From Octopus vulgaris (taxonomy: Eukaryota): a stretch of DNA of 64,000 nt. The position numbers and the translations under genes were made by a program. The DNA lies in assembly GCA_951406725.2 (NCBI GenBank), contig OX597824.1, forward strand, positions 14,508,001-14,572,000, given 5' to 3'. Shown here piece by piece: positions 1-12,200 of this stretch. A model generated the notes under the pieces. The model was given only the letters and a program-made list of their open reading frames with translations. It was not told the DNA's origin and did no database searches. Position 1 is the stretch's first letter, and every line of letters begins with the position of its first letter.

Positions 1-1129
1 GTCGACTTTGCCTTTCATCCTTTCGGGGTCGATAAATTAAGTAACAGTTACGTACTGGGGTCGATGTAATTGACTTAATCCGTTTGTCTGTCCTTATTTG
101 TCTCCTCTGTGTTTAGCCCCTTGGGGGTAGTAAAGAAATAGGTATTATCCATTTGTCTGTCCTTGTTTGTCCCCTCTGTGTTTAGCCCCTTGTGGGTAGT
201 AAAGAAATAGGTATTTCGTCTGCTACTACGTTCTGAGTTCAAATTCCGCTGAGGTCGACTTTGCCTTTCATCCCTTTGGGGTCGATAAATTAAGTACCAG
301 TTATGCACTGGGGTCGATATAATCAACTTAATCCATTTGTCTGTCCTTGTTTGTCCTCTCTGTGTTTAGCCCCTTGTGGGTAGTAAAGAAATAGGTACTG
401 TGATAGAATGCACCCCATACTCAAATAACCTGAAGTCTCATAGGGTGAGGAAAACCCCTCAGTCTTGTCTTGTCGAGAACATGGGAACTTCTTTAGTGCT
501 GGTGTCACAATAAGATACATTCAGTACACTCTGTGCTGACATTGTTATTAAGAAGGTATTTAGCCATAGACATCATGCTAAAATGGAATGTGCAATCAAG
601 GGTTTATTGAATACTCAGTGTCTAACCATTAGGCCACATACCTTCTTTACCAATGTACAAGATCAATATTTATTCTTTTATTCATTTCAGTCATTTGACT
701 ATGGCCATACTGGAGCACTGCCTTTAGTCGAACAAATCGACCCCAGGACTTATTCTTTGTAAACCTAGTACTTATTCTATCGGTCTCTTTTGCCGAACCG
801 CTAAGTTACGGGGACATAAGCACACCAGCATTGGTTGTCAGCGATGTTGGGGGTCAAACACAGACACACAAACATATACATATATATCGATATATACGAC
901 GGGCTTCTTTCAGTTTCCGTCTACCAAATCCACTCACAAGGTTTTGGTCGGCCCGAGGCTATAGTAGAAGACACTTGCCCATGGTGCCATGCAGTGGGAC
1001 TGAACCCAGGATCATGTGGTTGGTAAGCAAGCTACTTACCACACAACCACTCCTGAGCCTGTATATTTTTGAATTATTTTTTTTATTTTCTCACCTATTC
1101 TAAAATAATATTTTTTCTTATCTTTACAG

Positions 1130-1216
1130 GACACAACACGAAATCTAAAATCACTTGACCATATGTTAGATACTTACAAGGATATTGGTCATGAACAACG
1201 CTCTTCCATTGATAAA
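1130..1216 (+). CDS. CEP128: CEP128 exon ([29 protein letters not shown])
   Basis: tttacag acceptor, gtatt donor, phase 0/0. Confidence 0.85.
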
Positions 1217-3168
1217 GTATTTAATTATTCTAAATATGTTTATATTTTTTCTTCAGTCTTATGATTTTGGTGAAACTGTCATTATATGTTGCTTTCTCTC
1301 TTTTTTTTTTTTTTTGGCCACTTTCTTTCTCAGTTACGAAAGGATTTTGATACGACTTGTGATGACATCCGAGACGAAAGATACAGACAATCAAGTTTAA
1401 GTAGAATAGGTAAGTTTCTGAATTTCTTAATCTCTATATATAAAGCTGAAGTTGTCTGTGTGTGGCAGGTTTGGTAGCCTTTAACTAACACTATCTCCTC
1501 CGAGACCCTGCGGCGCAAGTTGACCAAAATTGAGAGTATGATAGAAGAAGGTTTGCTCTTCATTCCGTAGAAGAAAAAATTCAAATCGGACCATGTTAAC
1601 ACCAAAAATTATTTACATCAAAAGGGTGCTTTTCTTTCTATGAAAATCCCTATTTTTTACGATTTTTTGACTGCTGTGTATTTCAACCAGAAAAATGTTC
1701 ACTTAAAGAGAATAACAAGCTACATAATGCAAAATTTTTACTTTTCAAAAATTCCAATTCTAAAAGGTCAAAACAAACCTGAGCAACGCCGGGCGATACT
1801 GCTAGTTTTGAAAATTGTAGTATTCTCAAGTGAAGCATTTGTCAGAGTATTTCATCTGCAGAAGAAGGTTACTGCTTGTTAAGTATGAAATTTTGGAAAG
1901 AAATTACAAATTGTTAAGTGTGAAATTTTGGTAAGAAATCATACATGTAAAATAGAAGACTGCTATTTGTTAGATGACAAATTTTGATAAGAAATTATAT
2001 GTGTGGAAGAAGTCTTATTTGTTAGCAGCCAGATTTTGGTAAGAAATTGTTCATGTTTTGGGAGATATTTGTACTTTTAAGGTACCAAATTAAGTGGGGG
2101 GGGGTGTAATATGCAGAGATTGAATTTGTGATTCAAAGTATTTTTTTTTTAATTCAACATTTAAAATTAATAAAGTTGAGTTGTTTTCATAAACTGAAAT
2201 GTGTGTGTGGGGGGGGGGGGAGAGAGAGAGAGAGAAAGAGAGGGGTATAGAGTGAGCTGGAATATGAGTAGAAAATTAAATTAAAATCTCTCATCTACTT
2301 TATACTATCTCAACTGATTCCCAGATCTCCATGACCTTTGTGTTTATTTTATCTCTTTGTATTTTACTGACAAGTAACCAATATATTAAAACATACGGAC
2401 GGCCTGCTGTTCTTACCTTGGATCGTAGGGTGACCTGCTGTGCTTGAGGAGACCTATTGAGTCAAGGACATCAACATTAAAATAAAATCAAATGGAAATT
2501 GTACTTGTGATACCCATGCTGGTGGCACGTAAAAAGCACTATCCGAACGTGGCCGATGCCAGCGCCTCTTTGACTGGCTTCTGTGCCAGTGGCACGTAAA
2601 AGGCACCAACCAATCATGGCCATTGCCAGCCTCCCCTGGCACCTGTGCTGGTGGCACGTAAAAAGCACCCACTACACTCACGGAGTGGTTGGCATTTGGA
2701 AGGGCATCCAGCTGTAGAAACACTGCCAGATCAGACTGGAGCCTGGTGCAGCCTTCTGGCTTCACAGATCCCCGGTCGAACCATCCAACCCATGCTAGCA
2801 TGGAAAACGGACGTTAAACGATGATGATGATGATGATGATACACTTCTCTCTTTCTATGTGTCAATGTGTAACATTTTAAATATAAGCTTGCTTCTCTTC
2901 CTACTACATCGAGAGACTTCAAGATTATTATCTTTATTATATTTGACCAAAAACGTTGTTCTTTGTGAAATAACAATCAAAGCATTTCAATAAAAGTAAA
3001 CTTGAAACTTGAGACATTTTTTTTTTGTTTCAATTTTATTTTAAACTAATAAAATTAACCCCCTTTTTGCTTTTCAAATCTTTGCAGACCAAGACTACCC
3101 AAACCAACCTGGCTACGTAGTATGTATTATATATATTAAGTTTCTTCTTTTTTCTTATTTACTAAGAT

Positions 3169-3258
<90 letters not shown>

Positions 3259-6200
3259 TTGCTGCTGCTGCTGCTGCCGGTGTGGTGATGGTAGTAGTGG
3301 TGGTGGTGGTGGTGGTCGTCGTCGTCATCGCCGTTGTCATCCAGTCCTAATCTCAAGTAAACCTGTTGTAGGTTTGGTTACTTAATAAGTTTCAATGGCT
3401 TTTATATGTTATTGTATTTTAGCATCCACAGAGGAAGAAGAAATCTGCTGTCCATTTTGCTGATGATTTAAAGAAAGAAGTGCATTCTTTGCATGAGTCA
3501 GTGAGAGATCTGTCTTATAATCAGAGAAAATTTGAAGATTCTTTGACTGAAGATCGTGATCACAGGGATCGGTAAGTAGGAGAACTTTTGTTTAATTTCT
3601 GCAAATAATGGTTCAGATTTGCTTCTTCCAAGTTTAAGATTTAGTCTCACAAACATTTGGTAAGTTAAATATATTTCTTTATTGCCCACAAGGGGCTAAA
3701 CACAGAGGGGACAAACAAGAACAGATAAATGGATTAAGTCGATTACATCGGCCCCAGTGTGTAACTGGTAATTAATTTATAGACCCCGAAAGGATGAAAG
3801 GCAAAGTTGACCTTGGCGGAATTTGAACTCAGAAAGTAATGGCAGACGAAATACCTATTTCTTTATTACCCACAAGGGGCTAAACATAGAGGGGACAAAC
3901 AAGGACAGATATAGGTATTAAGTCGATTACATCGACCCCAGTGTGTAACTGGTACTTAATTTATTGACCCCGAAAGGATGAATGGCAAAGTTGACCTTGG
4001 TGGAATTTGAACTCAGAAAGTAATGGCAGACGAAATACCTATTTCTTTATTACCCACAAGGGGCTAAACATAGAGGGGACAAACAAGGACAGATACACGG
4101 ATTAAGTCGATTACATCGGCCCCAGTGCGTAACTGGTAATTAATTTATTGACCCCGAAAGGATGAAAGGCAAAATCGACCTCACTGGAATTTGAACTCAT
4201 AGCATAATGGCAGACGAAATACCGCTAAGCATTTCGCCTGGTGCGCTAATGTTTCTGCCAGTTCCCCGCCTTTGGTAGGTTAAATATTATAAAAGAAACA
4301 GCAAGCTGATATAGTCACAGAACATGCCACAACTTCTCTGTCTCTCTCTCTCTCTCCACAAGCATTTTTTCTTTCTTCTCTTTCCATCATTCTCAGTGTT
4401 GGCTTCTGTTCCTCACCCCTCCCTTCTTGGTATCAGCTTCTGTTTGTCTTTTTCCTTAATAATTGTCAAATATAAAGTATACTAAAGAAGATGGATGGTA
4501 GAAAGATCATCATGAAACAGTATGTTTGAATTTATTAACGCTAGTTTTATGAAAAGATGTTTAGGTATCAAACTAAATCCATTATAATGAGTTTGGTATG
4601 TCTACCAACGTCTGAAAATGCTAAAATGGGATAATTATCCAAATCAACAATCAACAATCCTGGTTTGGGTCTAAATATCTGAAGGTGAATGTTGCCAAGA
4701 TTAAAGATTAAGGTGTAACAAGCTATATCACTATATTTTAAATCATATCATAACAGACTGGTGTTATTATATCATAGACCAAGTTGTAAAAATATTGGTC
4801 TATGCCTTATGCCAAATTGTAGCAGACTGGTCTTATTGTATCTTAGACTAAGTTGCAAAAGACTGCTCTCATTAAATCCTACACCAGGTTATAAGGAATT
4901 TTATATGACAAAGATACAGATAGTGGCCATGCGGCTAAGATGTTTGATCTCCAACCATGTGTTTGTTTGTTTGTTCCTTCTCGAGCCATGTCTGGCACAT
5001 AAGGGCCGGTTACCCGGTTTCCTTGGTGTATAGGTTTCCCACCTGGACGGGACGCCGGTCCGTTGCAGGTGAGCTGCAAGATGCAGGAGGAAAGAGTGAG
5101 AGAAAGTTGTAATGAAAGAGTCAGCAGAAGAAGTTTGCCATTACCTTCTGCCGGAGCCGCGTGGAGCTTAGGTGTTTCGCTCATAAACACACACATTACC
5201 CGGTCTAAGATTCGAACCCGCGATTCCTCGACCGCGAGTCCGCTGCTCTAACCACTAGGCCATGTGCCTCCACACCATGTGCTCTTGGGTTCAGTCTCTT
5301 GGCTAGCTAAAGCCTTGTGAGTAGATGGAAACTGAAAGAAGCCCATTGTATGTGTGTGTGTGTGTGTGCTAGTGCTACATAAAAAGCACTCAGTACTCAC
5401 TGTAAAGTGGATGGCATTAAGAAGAGTGTCCAGCTGCAGAAACCATGCCAAAATAGACATTGAAAACTGATGCAGCTCCTGTTAAACCGTCCAACCCATG
5501 CCAGCATGGAAAACAGATATTAAATGACAATGATGATATGTATGTGTGTGTGTTTAGTTTATATATGTATGTATATGTGTATCCTTATCTTGATATCATG
5601 TAATGATTGTAAATAAGCATCACTGTCTATCAAGCAATGTCATTCGTTTGCTGTCATCCAAAGTGAAATATTACCTTGCACAGAAACAAGCGAAGGTTGG
5701 TAACAGGAAGGGCATGTGACCATAGAAATCTCAACAAATTTTGTCTGACCTTGCAACCAAGGGTGGAGGCACGTGGCTTAGTGGTTAAGGTGTTGAACTC
5801 ATTGTCATAAGGTTGTGGTTTCGATCCTGGACCAGGCGATGCGTTGTGTTCTTGAACAAAACACTTCGTTTCATGTTGCTCCAGTCCACTCAGCTGGCAA
5901 AAATGAGTAATCCTGCGACGGACCGGTGTCCCATCCAGGTGAGGAATTTCTACGCCACCGAAACCGGGAAACCGGCCCTAGCATGGCACGAGAAGGAACA
6001 TTTTTTTTTTCTTGCAACCATGGCAAAGTGACAATAATGAAAGATTATTTGAGATTAAATTAATTGACAATAGCAAGAAAAATATTAATTAATATGTAAC
6101 AAAGCAATTGTTGGTAAAATTGATTTAGTTTATTTATAATTTTATTTCACATTGAAGTTTTGCCTTGGAGACAAAACGTGCTATGAATGCACTTGCAAAT

Positions 6201-9200
6201 TCCATAAACCACCAAACAAACTCAGAAAACAAAGATTCTGTAAGTTTTTCTTTTACCTATTTCTTTTCTGTTAATTAAAACTTCTGAAGTAGTTTGGAAA
6301 TAATAGTTTTGAAACTGTCTCTGCAGTATATTCAACCCAAAACATGTATATTTAAGATATTGATCATTTCAATGTTCCTCCTAATGTTAGCTAAAGTATT
6401 GCAGTAATTTCATATCAATTATTTCTTAATGAGAATTATTTTAGGACTGAGTACATTTGATCAATTTCTAGCTGTGGCTGGTATATCTTTTCTATATCTA
6501 TAAATGGCAAAATGTCTGTGTATCTGTGTGTCTGTGTGTCCTTTATACAAATTCACAGTTTTTCACGTAAAAGGCTCGCATTTTCTATGGGCTTTCAAAA
6601 CTGTTGCCAAGATTAAAGATTAAGTTGTAACAAGTGGTCGTGAAGATATTTTATTTCCCCAGTCACCCCAGAAAGCCATTAAAAAAAATCGATAAACCGA
6701 CCCCCTTATGCCCATAAGTTATGGGCATATCCATTCAAAATTGCTAAAACATAGAAATTTGTACATGGTGAGTGTGTACAACTAGATACACCAATAGACT
6801 GCTAGCTGTTTTTTGATTGGATGAAGATAATTCTACCCTTGACGGTTGAATGCGCGTGCGCATTTGCAGACAGTCTGTATGACTCAATGCATTTTTGTGT
6901 TTTGGCTTTCAAACGTGCACGCTTTTTTGATTTGAGAAATGCAGGGAATAATTACCGAGTTTGACCAAGTGAATGACAAGAGATCGGGATTTTCATGAAA
7001 GACCAAATATGCTTGATACGCAACCATTCCTTAATTATGCCATAAAACGACCCGGTACCAAACAACAAGCACTAGCACTAGACTTGGCAATGCTGGGTCA
7101 TAGTGCTAGGTATTCTTTAAAACAGAATATATTATTTCAACAATGCAGAGGAGACAATAATATCTGTTATAATTTAATTATTCATAGTCTGATATAATAT
7201 TTTGGAATATAAAAATTCCTTTTTCAGATATTGCTAGGAATTAATCGAGTCACTACTATAATTGGTATTCCAATGGTTATTTACATATATATTATAAAAT
7301 ATATATATAAAAAAATTAACAGAATCAGATAAAAATCCAAGGCTGTGAAAGGTTTCAGAACATTTATAAAGAGAAGGTCTTAGAGCTGTTTCCGGGATAT
7401 TTTATATATCCCTTCATCGGAGACTGCAAGAAAATGGTTAAGCAATAGTTATTCTAGAGAAGATATGAAATAGAGAGTGAAGTGTAGGAACGAAAACAGA
7501 TGTGAGATATACAGGGATATTGCATCTGCAGTTCCATTATTTAAGCAGAATGGTATACATATAAGTTTCCTGTACCTTGTGTGTAAGTTCTAATTGTATT
7601 TAAAATTGGTCATTCTAAGGATTGAGTTTGTAAACAGTGTTATTGGATTGAGGGGTTTTTTTTTTATATATATTATAAAATATATTTAAACACAAAGAAA
7701 AATTACATATAACAGGCAATTTCTACACGCTAGGAGACAGTCGAATAAAAGCTTTTACCTTGTAAAAGTTTTTATTTTTTCATTCCCTTTGAAATTGCTT
7801 AAATTTTTTTTGTGGTTTTTCGGTTGTAATTGAAGAAATCCTATATTGTAGATTTCTATAAGAGACAAAGGGAGGCAGATAAAATCTGCCTTTTATAATA
7901 AGAGATATGTTGTCTATTGCTAGGCCACTGGTAGAGAAATTTGTAAAAATTTTAATACGCTATATAGATATCTAAATATATTATAAAATATATATATAAT
8001 ATTTATAAAATATATATTATCTGTAATATTTCTACATATGTTATGTAACATCTGATGCAGTAAAATAAGACAACAGTTTGGATGTATAGTCAAAGATCAT
8101 TTCCAAGTTGTTTGTATTTATCAACAAGTATTTTGTTTGATTTTTTTTTTCTTTTACTAAAAAAGACTTCGGCAAGAGTTGAGAAGCGCTTGAGTGCCAT
8201 TCAAGATGAACTTCAAGTTGAACGCCAAATGTTAATGGAGAAACAGAATAAAGAAAATTTGGGTAGTCTGTCTTCTGAGTTGAAGCAGGTAAGTTTGGAA
8301 AATTTGTGCTTGCCAGGTTGCATGCACACATGCACGCACACACACATGTAAGATGGGATTCCACACAGTTTCCTCCTACTAAATTTACTCACAAGGCATT
8401 GGTTGGCCCAGGGCTATGGTAGAAGACAACTGCCAAAGGTGCTGCACTGTAGGACTGAACTCAAAACCGTGTGGTTGCTGTGGTGTATGCGAGAGATTTG
8501 AAATAAAGACACCTACCTTCTCTTCGTCGATGCAGACCTCTCCAGCGGCAACGCACCCTTCCATGTGGCCCAACCCAAACGCTAGAAATAGCAGCTGCTT
8601 TTCCCTTACCTTGACAAAGCGCTCACACATCCAGCTCTGTCGGCTACCCCAATCGAAAAAGCCCAATGCTCCCCTGCCTGTGCACGTGTCACTCCTGCCC
8701 CTTCCTCTTCCAGTCAGCCCCAAGTTCCGGTCAGCTCCCCAGCTGCTGACATCATCCCACAGTTGCAAAGTGAGTTTCTTAACTGTATGCAATCTCAGTG
8801 AAATGTTTAATGGAAACATCTGCAAGAGTTCCAAGTATTTTTTGAAACCTTTTAGCTGAAGCTTTCTAATTTTGGTAAAAATCATAGATTTTTCTTCAAG
8901 AATATAAATTAAGTGTGAGTGAGAAATAACAATTGTATCAAAATATTGACTCTTGTTAGTAATGTCTGTTAATTCCTTCAAAACCTTCCTGTAGCTGTAA
9001 TCAGGCCTTATCATCATTGTCATTTAATTTCCAACTTCCATACTGGCATGGGTGGAATGGTTTGAGAGGATCCGTGATGGTGCTGAGCTCTGTTACCTAT
9101 TTGGGGCATGACTTTTAACTCGAGCCACTTCCTAAATCCAACCACTTCACAGAGTGTACTGGGTGTTTTCTTCATAGCTCCAGCACCAGTGAGAATTGTC

Positions 9201-12200
9201 TGATAACTTAAGTTTAAAAGTCTAAAGTGACTTCTGTAACTGTGGGAGAAAAGAAGTAAGTATGGAGGATGCTTCTAAGCACAGGGATGAAGGATGATAA
9301 GAAGAGAGGATGAAGGGGAGCATGCAAGGAACAAGGGAGAGGGGAGGCATTAGTGATTAGGGATTATAGAGATAAAAGAAGGGAAGCTGGAAGATGATAG
9401 GGTGGGTTGTGTAAGTGGGGTGGTTTAAGGCTATCCAGTGTTATAAAGGGGTAAGTATATAATAATGAAATTATTGTATACAGTGCTCAGGTGCACAAAG
9501 GTAGACTTGCAAAGAAGGTTTTCTAGTAAAGTATGAAACAGGTGTGAGGGAAAAGGGGGACAGGGAGGGAACAATAGGTAGGGAAGGAGAGAAGATTAAA
9601 ACACTGTTCTTTCTTTCAGTGTATGAAATGAGAGGTGTGAGGTATGTGAACAAATTGATAATTAATTAAGATTAATAAAATATTTAATTTTTGAGTACAA
9701 GACATTGGAAGTAATTTTAAAGACTTTTTAAGGTAAATTTATTTAATTCATTAGTGATGGATAATAAAGTAAATAGCTAAAGTTTTTAATTATAATCATT
9801 AAATTAAATTTAGATAGGCACAGTAGTGACTGTGTGGTATGTAGCTTGCTTACCAACCACACGGTTCCGGGTTCAGTCCCACTGTGTGGCACCTTGGGCA
9901 AGTGTCTTCTACTATAGCCTCGGGCCGACCAAAGCCTTGTGAGTGGATTTGATAGACGGAAACTGAAAGAAGCCCGTCATATATATATATATATATATAT
10001 ATGCATGTATGTATATGTTTGTGTGTCTGTGTTTGTCACCTCAACATCGCTTGACAACCGATGTTGTTGTGTTTGGGTCCCCATAACTGAGCGGTTTGGC
10101 AAGAGAGACCAATAGAATAAGTACTAGGCTTACAAAGAATAAGTCCTGAGGTCGATTTCCTTGACTTAAGGTGGTGCTCCAGCATGGCCACAGTCAAATG
10201 ACTGAAACAAACAAAAGAACACTCAATGAGTGTGAATCCAAGATAGAAAAATGTGCACAGAGCTACCCTTGTTCTCTGTATATATTTTTTGCTGTCTTGG
10301 ATTAAATGAGATTTAATTATAAAGTGACTAACAATGTAATTTAATGTGTATTTCAATTCCTTTGTGTTGTAATTTTATTTTCAGGCCTTGCAACAGCATC
10401 AAAATTTCCTCTCTACAGTCCAGACCAACGCTGCTGCATCAGTTGTGCCGGTTGCACCAGTAGCCTCACATCTTGCTCCCACAACACATCCAAGCAACAA
10501 TGTACAAGAGATGAGCACATATAAAACACAATATCTGGAGTCTGAAGCACAAAGACATAAAGTAAGTATTTTGGGATCTTTTCAGTTTGAATGGCAGTTT
10601 TTAACTCAGTTGTCATTCAGCTAGTGTTAGGAATATAAATTGCGACTAAGGTTTGGTGGTATATTTTGATGCAAAACTTATAAAAACAAGACATTTGTAC
10701 TACAGAGCCAGAGCCGGTTTTGGCCAGGAAGGTAACGAAAGGGTTAACAGTATGAATCATGTTGTTGTTGTTGGTGGTGGTGATGTTGATGATATGAAGT
10801 AGGACAGTTGATTCAAGTTTAGAATATTTTAAACTTTTGTTCAAAAATAGATTTTGAGATTAGAACAAGTTTTGGAATCCATACTTAGAATTAATCCAAA
10901 CATTTCATAATGTGCTACGTAAGTTTCCTCCCACGCTGATTCTTCTTTAATCACTTTAGTCTTTACTCAATGTTTATTGACAGATAGAAACAGAATTGGT
11001 CAATCTCAGGCACCGACTTGACCACAGTGAAGGCAGTCGGAACACTCTGCAACAAGTGGTAAGCTAAAATATCTGCTATTTGTTCATTGTTAAAAATAAA
11101 TTGTGAATTAGCTAGATGGATCAATACGTGTGCAGAGAATTCATTGACAGACAATTTCTCAATAGACAATTTGGCAATAGACAATTCATCGACCAACAAT
11201 TTGGCAACAGACAATTCATCGACAGACAATTTGGCAACAGGCAATTCCCACACGGCCACAGACTCAACATGGAGGCCAACATCAAGGTTGTGTGGCCCTG
11301 GGTCAAGAAGGTGGCTGCTGGAACACCCTATGTCTGGCAACAGGACTCTACATCATACCACACAATTGTCCTGTCTGTAAGTTGTCTGTCAGCCAATTGT
11401 TTGTTAGCCAACTTTCTGTTGACAAATTGTCCATCTACTGGACCACTGTATGTTAGTGGTAAGGAAAAAATGGAAAATTCCAGAGATGTAGCAGGATTTG
11501 AACTCTCTAGACAAGAATTATTCTGTCAATGGATTATTGCTATCTCCTTGTTTTGTTGCTATTGTGTGTGTGTATCATATTACATTTCTAGGTGTGGCTT
11601 GTCTATCTTTCTGCTGGGTCTGTTGTTCTGGTTGATGTTGAACACTAGATCAACACTTAAAGTACTAATCAAGTAGATTTACACTTAAAGGAATTCCAAA
11701 TATGACCATCTTGACCTTTTAGGGCTGACTACATTCTCTAATGCACCCTTTTTGCTTTTTAAAACAGTAGGATGTGATTTGAGGGTGATTTGGTTGCTTG
11801 CTCTCACAAGTTGGGTTACACACAGGAGCCACTTTTGGGGCCTACTTGGGTTTTAGACTTAACCTGTTATTCAGTTTAACACCCTCACCTGGCACTTTGG
11901 GTCCCTTTAGCAAACTACACTCTGTTGCAAGTACTCAGGCCAACTCTACAGTTTGAGGATAACTTCTTCCTTCCTTTCCAACCTGTCTCAAAAGCCATGA
12001 AAAGTATCATGAGCACTACAATTCCTTCCTGACTAAAATATAATAAAAAAGAATTAAATACAATTGCAGTGTGGAAGGTGTTTATAAGCCATTTAAGAAA
12101 CACACAAAAACTGTTAGATTCACTTCAACATTTAAATTTAATTTGTTGAAATATTTTCGTCGCTTTGAGACCGTGACCTGTTCACTGACAAAACATCGAC

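Noticed and set aside
2325-2373. Extra CEP128 exon
   Set aside because: It would break the reading phase with exon 3088-3119 and shows no similarity to CEP128.
8385-9023. 212-aa and 147-aa ORFs
   Set aside because: They run across a SINE and a solo LTR and show no recognisable domain.
9816-9890. tRNA genes
   Set aside because: The A/B-box-like sequences are SINE heads followed by SINE bodies; I saw no complete cloverleaf.
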